NCBI GenBank assembly: GCA_041691135.1
Contig: JBEPVF010000001.1
Span: 224,001 to 288,000 of the forward strand
Direction: 5' to 3'
Source: Candidatus Peribacteria bacterium
Lineage (GTDB): Bacteria; Patescibacteriota; Gracilibacteria; Peribacterales; Peribacteraceae
DNA: 64,000 nucleotides
A program made the position numbers and the translations under genes. The notes under the pieces are model-generated. The model did no database searches. It was not told where the DNA came from and saw only the letters and a program-made list of their open reading frames with translations. Below, one piece after another: positions 19,777 to 31,222 of the stretch. How positions within the stretch are numbered: position 1 is the stretch's first letter; every line of letters starts with the position of its first letter.

Positions 19777-20097
19777 TTATCCTCGCAATGCTGAAAAGAT
19801 ATCCTGCATCAGCTGGACGATGGTCGAGAAGTTCAGATCGAAAGGAATATCGAGCAGACGAGCGATGATATTGACGGCAAAGAATGCGAAGAAGGTGACG
19901 AACAAACCGATAATGGCGTAGCGGATTGTGTGGACCGCCTTCTTGATTTTCTCTTCGTTTCCAGCCGACAAGATGAAGGTGATGCCGCCAAAGATGATGT
20001 AGACGAGACACAGTACCGACGCCACGATGAGGGCCAGGGCAATACCGGTGGCAACGATCTTGAGTATGTCGCCGCTTTGGAGAAGATCAGTGATCAT
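19777..20097 (-). CDS. TrbC/VirB2-like pilin (CPR type)
   Basis: IIFGGITFILSAGNEEKIKKA...YAIIGL. Confidence 0.8.
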   Translation of the reverse strand: MITDLLQSGDILKIVATGIALALIVASVLCLVYIIFGGITFILSAGNEEKIKKAVHTIRYAIIGLFVTFFAFFAVNIIARLLDIPFDLNFSTIVQLMQDIFSALRG

Positions 20098-20113
20098 GAG
20101 GAAGGGGGGTTAT

Positions 20114-20392
20114 TTAAGCCGCAACGACGGGTTCGAGAATTTTCATATTGATACGCTGTGAATGATTGCCGCCGATAATGCGAAGGAGGGTGCGAAGAGC
20201 CTGTACCGTCTGACCGTTCTTGCCGATCAATTTGCCCATGTCGCGTTCACTCACGCGGACAGTGAGCAGAATTCCCAAATCATCCTGCGTGGCCTCGATG
20301 GCCAATTGGTCATGATCTTCGACCAGAGAGTCGAGGACATAACGCAAAAAAGACAAGCCTGGCAATTCAGTGGATGTTGCGGACGTATCCAT
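20114..20392 (-). CDS. khpA: KH-domain RNA-binding protein KhpA
   Basis: DMGKLIGKNGQTVQALRTL; follows rpsP. Confidence 0.88.
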   Translation of the reverse strand: MDTSATSTELPGLSFLRYVLDSLVEDHDQLAIEATQDDLGILLTVRVSERDMGKLIGKNGQTVQALRTLLRIIGGNHSQRINMKILEPVVAA

Positions 20393-20408
20393 GACCAGCA
20401 GCGTAGCG

Positions 20409-20786
20409 TCAGGCTGCAGGTTTGTCACCTGATTCTGCGACGGAAGCCTCAGCAGCAGGGGCTGCAGGAGCGGCGGGAGCGGCGACTTCCTCGACGGGTG
20501 CCTTCTTGTTGCGTCGCTTGGCGTATCGCTGAATGTATTTGTCCATATTCTTGGCACCATTCTTCTTGAGCAGACGAGCTACCGTATTGCTGGGGATGGC
20601 TCCTTTGTCGATCCAGAAATTGATGCGTTCATCCTTATGCTCAAAAATCACCGGATCGCGGGCCGGCAGATAGTGTCCGACGATTTCCAGAAATTTGCCT
20701 TTAACCGGCTTCTGATGTTGCGCAACTACCATACGGTAAGTAGGCGTATTTTCGCGGCCGGTGCGCTGAAGGCGGATTACAAGCAT
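20409..20786 (-). CDS. rpsP: 30S ribosomal protein bS16 with Ala/Pro-rich tail
   Basis: MLVIRLQRTGRENTPTYRMVVA...GAIPSNTV. Confidence 0.95.
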   Translation of the reverse strand: MLVIRLQRTGRENTPTYRMVVAQHQKPVKGKFLEIVGHYLPARDPVIFEHKDERINFWIDKGAIPSNTVARLLKKNGAKNMDKYIQRYAKRRNKKAPVEEVAAPAAPAAPAAEASVAESGDKPAA

Positions 20787-21017
20787 CTCAAAAGCTGGGA
20801 GAGTGTAGACAAGCCAAAACGTCAAAGCAAGATGAAATGGCTGTATTGACGGATATTTATGATGGCAAGCACAAGGACAACGGCGAACACGGTGAATTTT
20901 CGTACTCCGTAATTCGAATTCCCGCCCTGGGAGGGGATAGAATGATTTGTAAGAGTGAACGAAAGCAGCCTCCGGAATCGGTGCGGTTATTTGTCTACAG
21001 TCCATTGAACAGGCCCG

Positions 21018-21308
21018 TCAGCTTCGAGTGATCTGAATGCCTTCCAATGTCACATGTTTGCAATCGCGCTGCAGATATTCTTTGAGGAGTGACAGTACCT
21101 GATGGCATTCCTGCGCAGCAATGCTGTTGGCAGCACTGATTTGCAGTACGCTATCCTTTACGTGGAGAACGACCAGATCCCTCGCGAATTGCGGAAGGGC
21201 ATTGCGCAGCCATTCTTGCGCTTGGTGCACCATCAGCGATGCAGTGGCTTGTTGATGCAAACCACGGCGCTGGAGAATCTTGGGCAGAAGGGTATCGAGA
21301 CGATCCAT
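21018..21308 (-). CDS. dciA: DciA/DUF721 family protein
   Basis: Size and VKDSVLQISAANSIAAQE pattern. Confidence 0.65.
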   Translation of the reverse strand: MDRLDTLLPKILQRRGLHQQATASLMVHQAQEWLRNALPQFARDLVVLHVKDSVLQISAANSIAAQECHQVLSLLKEYLQRDCKHVTLEGIQITRS

Positions 21309-21324
21309 GGCTTTATATTAGAGC

Positions 21325-21402
21325 AAATTCGAAACTCGAAGCACGAAATACGAAGAAAACGCACCTTATTTTTCGTATGTCGAATTTTGTACATCGTGCT
21401 TT
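21325..21402. repeat. inverted heptamer array (AAATTCG-type)
   Basis: AAATTCG AAACTCG AAGCACG AAATACG with an imperfect inverted partner in the 3' end of the next gene. Confidence 0.7.
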
Positions 21403-22442
21403 TTACCAGAAATAAGCAATATTTCCGCCGTCTTCTCGGCCGCTTTTTCCCAAGACCACAAGCGGGGAGCGGAAGATGGAAACTCGAAGCGAGACATCGC
21501 AGCGGCAAATGTCTGAACTGTGGGCTCGATCAACAGTGCGTTCTTCGGGGCAATTTCCGGAATCGAACCGCGGGCGGCGGCGATGACAGGGCAGCCGCAC
21601 TGCTCGGCTTCGGCGATCGGCAAACCGAATCCTTCGTAGAGCGATGCCGTAACGAGAGCCAGGGCGGCAGAATAAAGAGCGGGAAGATCGGCGTCATCAA
21701 CCGTCTCGATGAATCGCACGCCGGAAGACAACTTCAAAGTCGAGCACTCTTTGCCTCCGCAGATAAGCACGAGCTCGCGATCATCACGACGGAGGGATGC
21801 GAATGCATCGATCAGCATCTGCACATTTTTGTGTTGCTTGGCATTACCGACGTAGACGAAGAACGGTTTGTGGAGTTGGTAGAGCTCCCGAATCCGCTGC
21901 TGTTCAGATTCAGACCGGCGGGTAAAATCGGAAGACACACCTTCGTACACAGTTGTTGTCTTGGTCAGGATCGAACGACCGTAAAAATGTGCCAATTCCT
22001 GTCGCGTAAAATCGCTGACCGTGATGATGTGCCGCGCCTTGCGTACGGCGCGTGACAGCAGGATACGATAGGCAGTTTGCTTGAGCGGCGATGCGTTGTT
22101 GGGGAATCGGTGCAGAATCAGATCATGCAATGTGAATACTGCTGGAACGGTACAGAAGAACGGCACATTGAAGTGGAGCGCAAAAAAAAGATCGAGCTTC
22201 GCGCGACGGATCAAAGATGGCAGGAGAATTTGTTCGCGTAGGGTATAGTGGGAAGCTGAAACAGGTATCACCTCGACGGATTTCGGCAAGTGCCAGATCC
22301 ATTCTTCCGTTTCCGAACGAACGAACAGAACATACTCAGCGGGATCCTGCCGCCGGAGCAAGTGTGTGACAAGTTCGCGAGAATAACGGCCAAGTCCCGT
22401 GCTCGTCCCGGCAAACCGGCAGTCGATACCAATGCGCTTCAC
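21366..22442 (-). CDS. GT4 glycosyltransferase
   Basis: TGLGRY, HDLI, HKNV, SLYEGFGLPIAEA. Confidence 0.92.
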   Translation of the reverse strand: MKRIGIDCRFAGTSTGLGRYSRELVTHLLRRQDPAEYVLFVRSETEEWIWHLPKSVEVIPVSASHYTLREQILLPSLIRRAKLDLFFALHFNVPFFCTVPAVFTLHDLILHRFPNNASPLKQTAYRILLSRAVRKARHIITVSDFTRQELAHFYGRSILTKTTTVYEGVSSDFTRRSESEQQRIRELYQLHKPFFVYVGNAKQHKNVQMLIDAFASLRRDDRELVLICGGKECSTLKLSSGVRFIETVDDADLPALYSAALALVTASLYEGFGLPIAEAEQCGCPVIAAARGSIPEIAPKNALLIEPTVQTFAAAMSRFEFPSSAPRLWSWEKAAEKTAEILLISGKKHDVQNSTYEK

Positions 22443-22459
22443 CTTCCCATCATAACCTC

Positions 22460-23254
22460 ATGACGATCGAAAAGGCACTCCGGCTGTCGGCTCTCGAACA
22501 TATCGATGCCGAAGTGCTGATGGCATCCATATTTGGTAAAGACCGCGCATGGATCGTGTCGCATAGAGAACACACACTCACTACGGCTCAAGAACAGCAA
22601 TGGCAAGAGATGGAGCAGCGTCGCACGGCAGGGGAACCGGTGGCATACATCGTAGGCGAGAAAGAGTTTTACGGTCGCCCGTTTGCCGTCAATCCACATG
22701 TGCTGATCCCGCGACCGGCTACCGAATCGCTGATTGATCTGGCACTTGAGTTCATCGAACTGCCGCACGAAGACGTCCGGCCTCTCGATCACAAGATTGT
22801 AGGCGTGGCGAAACCCCTCATGGAAGCGCCCATCACGACCATCGTGGATGTGGGAACCGGAAGCGGCTGCATCGCCATCACCCTGGCGATAGAACTACCA
22901 TCGATCCGCATTGTTGCGACAGATATCAGCGAGGACGCACTCGCAGTAGCCAAAAAAAATGCAGAGCGCTATGGCGTCTCGGACCGCATCACTTTTTTGC
23001 ATGGCAACGGTCTGGAACCACTGATGTCGTTTGGTGAGCCATTCCTGCTCGTCTCCAATCCGCCTTACATTCCAGCACAAACGCATCTGATGAAGGACGT
23101 GACGGATTACGAACCACACACGGCGCTGTTCGCCGGCGAAGACGGAACGGATGTGTTGCGTCAGCTGATCCGCCAGGCTGCCGATCATCCATCGTGTACC
23201 GGTTTTGTCGTGGAGTGCAGAGAAGAACAGGCGACGGTGATCCAAGATTTTTGA
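22460..23254 (+). CDS. prmC: release factor glutamine methyltransferase
   Basis: GEPVAYI, VLIPRPATE, DVGTGSG, SNPPY. Confidence 0.93.
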   Translation: MTIEKALRLSALEHIDAEVLMASIFGKDRAWIVSHREHTLTTAQEQQWQEMEQRRTAGEPVAYIVGEKEFYGRPFAVNPHVLIPRPATESLIDLALEFIELPHEDVRPLDHKIVGVAKPLMEAPITTIVDVGTGSGCIAITLAIELPSIRIVATDISEDALAVAKKNAERYGVSDRITFLHGNGLEPLMSFGEPFLLVSNPPYIPAQTHLMKDVTDYEPHTALFAGEDGTDVLRQLIRQAADHPSCTGFVVECREEQATVIQDF

Positions 23255-23286
23255 CGCCAGACTGTTGTGACGTATGGTAGTGCGCT

Positions 23287-24939
23287 ATGCGGGAAAATCC
23301 TGTTCGATCAGATGCGCCTGAAGAAATTAAAGGCAAAGAACAAGCGGCGATTTCGAGCACGAAGCGTCGTATTGCATTGGCCATTGCTCTAGTTGCAGGC
23401 ATCGCAACCGAAGCCGCAGGACAAAAATCTGAAACTGCAAAGACATCGGCCGCCAATGCAGTACCGGCAACGGCTAAAGAATTGCATACAAATGCCCCCT
23501 GCAAACCGCCCGATCCGGCCGAATGGTTAGCGCAGGAACAAACGTTCACTATTGAATGCAACACGGATGGAGCGAAAATGTTCTACTCGGGCGGAACGCA
23601 GGAGTACCAAAAATGTCTGTATGCGCTCGGTAAATACAGTGGGACGAATGATTCTGTCGTCAATAATCAACGTACTCCCACGTACCTGAATGTTTTGAAA
23701 GCGGTTGCAGCCCTATGCGCAACGACAGAGCAAGAGAAAAAAGAAAAGCAAAACGCTCTCGACAACTACGTCTTAGGGAATCAAAGGGCAAAAGATGCCT
23801 ATGCCTATGCGCATGCATTAGAGGCGATTGCAGCATTGGGCGCCGCAGGTAAAGAAGAATATGAAAGCATACAACAGAGCATTGACGAACATATTCGAAA
23901 ATCCCTGGATAACCGTACCAATCCACTGCTTGCCTTAGCAGCGGCAAACGCCACCATTGTCCGCGGAGGAACCAACTCACCGGCACTCATAGAAGCGGTT
24001 CACTTTGCGCTCAAAGAACTTGTCGCAGATTATACAAAGCATGTTGACGATCCCGCGGTTGCTCCAGATCAACAAGCTGCGCGCAGACATTGGATGACAG
24101 AGGCACTGTCCGAAGTATCGCGCATGGGACAGCCCGCTGCAGCCACTCGCCCATATCTGGAGGAAGCACTGCGTTACCCGGAACTGGCAGATGCAGCCAT
24201 TGATGCATTGGGGCAAATCGGACCGGACGGCGTGGCTGTCCTTATCAAGTCACTAGAAAAAGATATATCGCCCGCTCTCTGCAAGGCTCTCCTCCAGCAA
24301 TTGCGCGCATCTGAGTATCTGGAAGAAGAATCGGCGAGAAAATTCATCGGTGTGTTCCTCAACCCGCCCAAAGAAAACGATCCTGTGGCCAGAGAAAATC
24401 AATTACGAGCTGCCGCCGGCATTCTCGAAAAAAATGGTCGCAAATTCCACAGAAATAAGACTGACTCCACGTACGCCACAAAGCATCCTCACCAGGAAAA
24501 AATGGCAAAAGATGCCGCCCGTTTCATTCTTGAAGCACTGAGTAGTCGCGATAGAGCATCATCGGCATGGGCACAGGAATACTGTTCGAATCATCTGGGC
24601 CCCTGGGCTGAAGTGGCAATCGATGAATTCATCGCCGCTCTGCAAAAAAAAGGACCGGCGCCAGACAAGGAAACAACTGAACCGTTCGTGCGAGGAATGG
24701 CAGCCCGGGCACTAGGAAGTATTCAGTCAGAAAAAGCTATTTCTCCACTCTTAGGAGCATTGGAAGATCACAAAGCAGGGCCACGCCGGGACTCCGGCCT
24801 GGCGCTTCGGAAGATTGGCCTCGAGCACTTAAATCCTGATCAGGCGATACGATATGCTGGCTTCCGGCAGTGGGAAGCAAAGTATAACGAAAAGGAGAGA
24901 CAGCGAGAGTTGGAGGAAACCCGGCTGCAGAGCTACTGA
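23287..24939 (+). CDS. membrane-anchored HEAT-repeat protein
   Basis: N-terminal TM; AAIDALGQIG, VRGMAARALGSI, RRDSGLALRKIG. Confidence 0.7.
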   Translation: MRENPVRSDAPEEIKGKEQAAISSTKRRIALAIALVAGIATEAAGQKSETAKTSAANAVPATAKELHTNAPCKPPDPAEWLAQEQTFTIECNTDGAKMFYSGGTQEYQKCLYALGKYSGTNDSVVNNQRTPTYLNVLKAVAALCATTEQEKKEKQNALDNYVLGNQRAKDAYAYAHALEAIAALGAAGKEEYESIQQSIDEHIRKSLDNRTNPLLALAAANATIVRGGTNSPALIEAVHFALKELVADYTKHVDDPAVAPDQQAARRHWMTEALSEVSRMGQPAAATRPYLEEALRYPELADAAIDALGQIGPDGVAVLIKSLEKDISPALCKALLQQLRASEYLEEESARKFIGVFLNPPKENDPVARENQLRAAAGILEKNGRKFHRNKTDSTYATKHPHQEKMAKDAARFILEALSSRDRASSAWAQEYCSNHLGPWAEVAIDEFIAALQKKGPAPDKETTEPFVRGMAARALGSIQSEKAISPLLGALEDHKAGPRRDSGLALRKIGLEHLNPDQAIRYAGFRQWEAKYNEKERQRELEETRLQSY

Positions 24940-24971
24940 AACGATTTTGGCAGCGAAGACGCTTATGGTAG

Positions 24972-26213
<1,242 letters not shown>

Positions 26214-26217
26214 TTCT

Positions 26218-26745
26218 ATGGATAATCTATCACTGCGACCGGAACTTTTAGTAAAACCTGATCGTTTATCGTCTTCTGAAATAGTTAAACTTCGCGTGGA
26301 GGCAATAACAGAAGTTTTTAATGCGCATGCGAGGTCTGTCGGTATTTATCTGGAAGCATGGAAGGTGATGCTTTTGCGTCAAATTCCTACCAGCGAAAGT
26401 TCGACTGGGCATGCGCCTCTGCCTGATTTGGGTTCAGATTTCAGTGTGTGTCTATACCCTAATTTTGATGAAATTGACGGAACTGTAGGCCAAGCAATTA
26501 TAAACAATCGTGCTTCTCATATCTTCGTCATTGCTGATGGAAAACGTGCCTCAAAACCACAAGGTCTTACTGTGTTGCCGAATCACTTGAGCGGAAAAGA
26601 GAATGCAAATAACTATCCTGTTCTTAGCCGATCCATAGCAACGTACTCATTCCATGGAACAAGACGAATCATGAGCGATCGACAAGTTCCTGATATGCTG
26701 CAGGCGATTAGTTTTGAAAAGTTGCTGAAGCGCGAAACAGAGTAA
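26218..26745 (+). CDS. hypothetical protein
   Basis: 175-aa AT-richer ORF filling the gap. Confidence 0.55.
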   Translation: MDNLSLRPELLVKPDRLSSSEIVKLRVEAITEVFNAHARSVGIYLEAWKVMLLRQIPTSESSTGHAPLPDLGSDFSVCLYPNFDEIDGTVGQAIINNRASHIFVIADGKRASKPQGLTVLPNHLSGKENANNYPVLSRSIATYSFHGTRRIMSDRQVPDMLQAISFEKLLKRETE

Positions 26746-26758
26746 TTACTGTCATTTT

Positions 26759-27643
26759 TCATTCCACTCGTTCCCCCCACTTCAGCTTCGTCCGCAACGT
26801 CCCATAAAATGTATCCGGACTGCGGCGGAGGAATTTGACCGTGCGGTCGCACATTTTGGCATTGATGGTGTCTCCGCGTTGGAGCGTAATGTAGATCTGA
26901 CCATCGAGCGTCAGACTCACTTCGATGTCTTTGAATTTATTTTCGCGCGTGCAGACCTCCACATCAATCGTATGGTTGCCCGGAATGACGATCGGTTTCT
27001 GACTGAAACTGTGCGGATTGATGGGCGTCAGAATAGTTGCCGGAATCTGCGGATGGACAATAGGTCCCCCAGCCGCGAGGGAATAGGCAGTAGAACCAGT
27101 CGGCGTCGACAGAATGAGGCCGTCAGCTCTGAACACCGTCAGTTCTTCGCCATTGATACAGGTACGCAAATCGACCAGACGTGCGATCGTTCCCTGCGAG
27201 AGTACCGCTTCGTTGAGCACCGAACCGCGGTATAAGTTTTCCGTCCCGCGATCGGCGGATACATCGAGCATCGAGCGTTCCTCGATAAAACCTTCACCGT
27301 CCAGGAAACGCGGCAGCATCGATTCGACTTCCTGAAACGTCATCTCCGACAAAAATCCGACCGTGCCGAGATTGATAGTCAGCAAAGGAATGGTGAGAGG
27401 ATGAAATTCACGAACCACTCGTAAAATAGTGCCGTCTCCGCCGACGACGATGAGCAGATCGAGTTCATCCACCGTTTTGTAAAATTTATGTTTGGTCGCA
27501 AACGGCAAGTGACCGCATCGCTTGGCATCGAGCAGAAGATTCACACCGTGCGCGGCCAACATGTCCACGATCGAATGCAACGCTTCTTCGCGATGCGCGA
27601 GTTCTGTTTTAGCCGTGATGCCGATGGTACGATAGGCAGCCAT
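26759..27643 (-). CDS. nadK: NAD kinase
   Basis: GGDGT, LNE, DGLILSTPTGSTAYSLAAGG. Confidence 0.95.
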   Translation of the reverse strand: MAAYRTIGITAKTELAHREEALHSIVDMLAAHGVNLLLDAKRCGHLPFATKHKFYKTVDELDLLIVVGGDGTILRVVREFHPLTIPLLTINLGTVGFLSEMTFQEVESMLPRFLDGEGFIEERSMLDVSADRGTENLYRGSVLNEAVLSQGTIARLVDLRTCINGEELTVFRADGLILSTPTGSTAYSLAAGGPIVHPQIPATILTPINPHSFSQKPIVIPGNHTIDVEVCTRENKFKDIEVSLTLDGQIYITLQRGDTINAKMCDRTVKFLRRSPDTFYGTLRTKLKWGERVE

Positions 27644-27691
27644 GAACAAGATGCTAGCAGCCGGGAACAGGACTGCAAGGACCGACTGGGT

Positions 27692-28774
27692 TTACGCCCT
27701 CAATCCAGTAATGCCCGTCACTGTTTCGACAGCTGATAACACCAGATCGCCCGTACGTTGCCACGAGTAGCGTGCCGCCTGGTGGGGACCCTCGTCGCGC
27801 AGCTGCTGACACAAGGACCTATCGGTCAAAAGCCGTTCCAGACCTTCGGCAATGGATTCGATGCGTTCCGGATCGACAAGCAATGCGCCTGTCCCCACGA
27901 CCTCGGGCAGACTGCCGCGATCCGATGTAAGAGTCGGGATTCCCCGCTGGAGTGCATCAAGAATCTGCATTCCGAATCCTTCGTACAGGGACGGAAGAGC
28001 AAAGACGGTGCATGTCGCTAGCAAACGCAGATATTCTTCATCGGCAATGTACTGCCGCCATTCCACCCCCGGTGTCTGTTCGACGAGTTGCAGAATTTGC
28101 TGATCGTTCCAGCCGCGGGATCCGGCCAACACCAAACGATACTGAGCACGGAGCGGTGGCGATAGAAGACCATATGCGCGAATCAATCTGGCCTGATTTT
28201 TGCGCGGGCATAAGGTACCGACGCACAGAATGGTTTGATGATCGGGCCGGTTGGTTTCGACCGTCGCCTGCATCGGACCTGCATACACCGGCGTGATCTT
28301 GTCGGCACTCAGCGACTTGTATCGCCCCAGAAGATCCTGTTTGGTCGCATCACTGACCGTAAGAATATGCGCTGCATTCTCCACCGTACGCTGCAGCGTG
28401 AAGTGCTCAACAAAACGCGCCTTGCGATTGTGGGGTTCGGGACGAAATGCGATCAGGTCATGCACCATCGGAACGTAGGGAAATCGCTTTCCCAACAAAT
28501 AGGGAACCAGGTAACTGGTGGGACTCAGGTAAAGATCGATATCCGCCGCACTCTGCAGCAACGATGCCACGCGCACATGCCATTTGATGCCGCGCAGGGG
28601 GATCAAGACTTCCGTCGCTCCCATATCCTGCCATGCCAACGGCAGCGGATCTTGGGTGTAGCAAAGCAGTGGAAACTCCCTCGAAAGCAATTCTTGCACC
28701 AATGCGTAGGTCCATTGACCCTTGCCAGTACGCTCCGGCCGGCAGGCTTCCCGTACGTCTATTGCAATGCGCAT
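27692..28774 (-). CDS. GT4 glycosyltransferase
   Basis: HDLI, PRKN, PSLYEGFGMQILDA. Confidence 0.92.
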   Translation of the reverse strand: MRIAIDVREACRPERTGKGQWTYALVQELLSREFPLLCYTQDPLPLAWQDMGATEVLIPLRGIKWHVRVASLLQSAADIDLYLSPTSYLVPYLLGKRFPYVPMVHDLIAFRPEPHNRKARFVEHFTLQRTVENAAHILTVSDATKQDLLGRYKSLSADKITPVYAGPMQATVETNRPDHQTILCVGTLCPRKNQARLIRAYGLLSPPLRAQYRLVLAGSRGWNDQQILQLVEQTPGVEWRQYIADEEYLRLLATCTVFALPSLYEGFGMQILDALQRGIPTLTSDRGSLPEVVGTGALLVDPERIESIAEGLERLLTDRSLCQQLRDEGPHQAARYSWQRTGDLVLSAVETVTGITGLRA

Positions 28775-28836
28775 AGCAAGAATTTGAGTAGCCTTCACTC
28801 TAGCAAAAAGACCCCTCCGATGCTACTCTTCCATCG

Positions 28837-29418
28837 ATGCCTTCTCGTATTATACGCGGACTTACGGCAATGGATCTGGAGGAACAGATCATCAATGGCG
28901 GTGCCCTTCTGGCCCTCGTTTCGATTTTTTTTCCGTGGCTGAGCGGTGAATGGCTGGGCGGTGAAATCGTGTCGTTCTCCGGTTTCGGTTTCTATACGTC
29001 GCTCGTGGGCATCGTCGTCTTCCTGCTAGAACTTTGCATTTTGCTGATTACATTCGTGCCGCTGCTCGGCGGCCCGATTGTCGTCAAAAGACGGTATCGC
29101 GAATGGGTGCGTGTGGGTCTCGCCGCACAGGCAACGATTCTGATTCTCGTCATCCTGAGCATCCTCACTCGTGTCACGTTTGAATTCTCCCGCATGGAAG
29201 TCCGCTTCGGCGTCTACCTCGCCCTCATTGGCAGCTTCGTCACGCTGGTCGAGTCGGTCATCCGCCTCCATATGCATCGCCGAAATGCAACGCAAGAAGT
29301 GTTCCATCATCCAGAGGAACACACGATCAGCGAGCGCCGCGAGACAACGACACCCCCGCCCCCTCCGCCACCGCCACCTCCTCCTCCCGAGCCCGAAGAC
29401 CACCGCATGTATACATGA
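28837..29418 (+). CDS. 4-TM membrane protein with poly-Pro tail
   Basis: Hydrophobic helices then a long Pro run; start 28837 or 28870. Confidence 0.75.
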   Translation: MPSRIIRGLTAMDLEEQIINGGALLALVSIFFPWLSGEWLGGEIVSFSGFGFYTSLVGIVVFLLELCILLITFVPLLGGPIVVKRRYREWVRVGLAAQATILILVILSILTRVTFEFSRMEVRFGVYLALIGSFVTLVESVIRLHMHRRNATQEVFHHPEEHTISERRETTTPPPPPPPPPPPPEPEDHRMYT

Positions 29419-29804
29419 GTGACGATAAGCCACCAGAGGCCACCGTGAATATCGAGTCCAAACTCGAACAGCTCGCCTATGCCGATGAAGATTTGGTGTA
29501 TGTGGATCCCGATAAACGCATCGTCGTCGGCCGGGTGCAGTGGGGGAAAAATGGCAACCCAAAGCCAATGCTCATGGATGGCAGCGTCGAACCACTCGAA
29601 GAGAAAAAGGAAAGAAGTCCCAAAGATGCAAAAGGCGACAAGCCCGATCGTAAGAGTCGGGTTCTCCGTAAGCGCTATTACCCATGGGGCACGTACCGCT
29701 CGATGAAGCGCGTTTACAAAATTGACGGCAAGCCACCCAAGGTAGAGCCGATCGATACGCTGGATCAGGTAATGGAGAAAGCATTGGAGCAACCGTTTTG
29801 GTAA
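29415..29804 (+). CDS. hypothetical protein
   Basis: 4-nt overlap (ATGA) with upstream gene. Confidence 0.7.
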   Translation: MSDDKPPEATVNIESKLEQLAYADEDLVYVDPDKRIVVGRVQWGKNGNPKPMLMDGSVEPLEEKKERSPKDAKGDKPDRKSRVLRKRYYPWGTYRSMKRVYKIDGKPPKVEPIDTLDQVMEKALEQPFW

Positions 29805-29829
29805 GAGGACGGAGGAAACCGAGGACTCC
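29805..29829 (+). repeat. degenerate 9-mer tandem repeat (CCGAGGAAA/CCGAGGACT)
   Basis: Also at 36737-36778; both abut the structured element. Confidence 0.65.
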
Positions 29830-30076
29830 GACCCCCTTCACTACTCCTAGGCGGCCCTAAGCCGCCCAACCTCTTCGCACGTTCGCAATTCCAAGCAAAC
29901 ACCCCTCCGACTATGTGGTGGGGATGAGTGGTTACGAGCCCTGCTGTCGCCAGCCCACAGGCGCGACAGCAGGGCGAGGTGGGTCATAGGCGGTGCGCTT
30001 CTTTTTGGTTCTTTTTCTTGTCGCGGGGAGACAAGAAAAAGAACACCAGTGGTGACTGGGAAGGTTGGTGCTGGGG
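29830..30076. ncRNA. structured repeat element, copy A (ncRNA or non-autonomous element)
   Basis: Aligns with 36780-37059; compensatory stem changes. Confidence 0.75.
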
Positions 30077-30159
30077 AATCATGAACATCCGCAGGTAGCA
30101 AACCCGCTCCCAATTTTGTCAGTAATCTACTAATTAAAAGACAATCAATACCTCAGAAC

Positions 30160-30185
30160 CCGCAGCCGGGGACGGCTGCTGCTAC
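30160..30185 (-). repeat. GTAG-type REP, distal copy
   Basis: 26 nt identical to 44806-44831. Confidence 0.88.
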
Positions 30186-30200
30186 AGAAAAATGTATCAA

Positions 30201-31133
30201 TTAGGCTTTCAATGCCTCGCAGACTTTCTCCACCGCCCCTTTCGATCCCATCACAATCGGCGTCCGTTGATCCAGACTGGTGATTTTCGTATCCAGCAAC
30301 GACTGTGTGCCATCGCTCACGATACCACCGGCTTGATCAATCAGATACGCAAACGGCCCGCATTCGAAGATCATTCGCAGTTTGCCATCCGGGAATTTTC
30401 CGCCGCCGACGTTGAAGAATACACCTTGGCCCTTACTGAGGACGTGATGTGCATCAGCCACCATGCAACCGGCATAGCGCAGAGTCATGGTTTTCGACCA
30501 TTCCTGTACCAATGTCTTGAGCGCCGGGTGATCTTGGACGGCCGCCAAATTTCCGGGACTGAATGTTTTTGCCGTATCGCCAACGCCAAGGAATTCACGC
30601 AGAAGTATGAACTCACCAACCTCATTCAAAATAAATTCGTGCACGCCGTTACCAGCGGCGTAGACAAGCAACGTGCGGGGCCCATAAAGAACATACAGCG
30701 CGGCGACTTGATCACGAGGCGTGCGACCGATGATGTCGGATCCCGGATAGATACCAAAGATTGACCCAATCGCGAAATTCACATCGACCAGTGACGAGCC
30801 ATCAAGCGGATCGTAGACAACGCTGTACGGCGCATCGGCATTAAGTTCAATAACGTCATCCGATTCTTCCGAGAAATGCGTTGCAACCAATCGGCTCTCG
30901 GCCAGATTCTGGCGAATAATATCTTCGCTGAGCACATCGAGCTTCACCTGTTTTTCGCCGAACTGATTCTCGGTTCCCGCCAAACCGGCCTCCGTCGTGC
31001 GGATCGCATGATGAATGTACTTCGCCGCCGTCGCGATATGGAGAATCAGATGTCGCAAGTCATCAGGCGCTTTGGCGTGCGCAAACAGGTGTTCGTTGAG
31101 TGATGAACGTCCTGGCGAGAGAGAATCGGGCAT
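30201..31133 (-). CDS. fbp: class 1 fructose-1,6-bisphosphatase
   Basis: SEE, DPLDGSS, RYAGCMVAD, GKLRMIFEC. Confidence 0.95.
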   Translation of the reverse strand: MPDSLSPGRSSLNEHLFAHAKAPDDLRHLILHIATAAKYIHHAIRTTEAGLAGTENQFGEKQVKLDVLSEDIIRQNLAESRLVATHFSEESDDVIELNADAPYSVVYDPLDGSSLVDVNFAIGSIFGIYPGSDIIGRTPRDQVAALYVLYGPRTLLVYAAGNGVHEFILNEVGEFILLREFLGVGDTAKTFSPGNLAAVQDHPALKTLVQEWSKTMTLRYAGCMVADAHHVLSKGQGVFFNVGGGKFPDGKLRMIFECGPFAYLIDQAGGIVSDGTQSLLDTKITSLDQRTPIVMGSKGAVEKVCEALKA

Positions 31134-31222
31134 AGTTCGTGAGAGGAGGTGTATGCAGAATAGCGAAGTATGGCAAAGAAATCAGCAGATTGTGCCCGCC
31201 TTCCCGCGAATCCCTTAAACCC

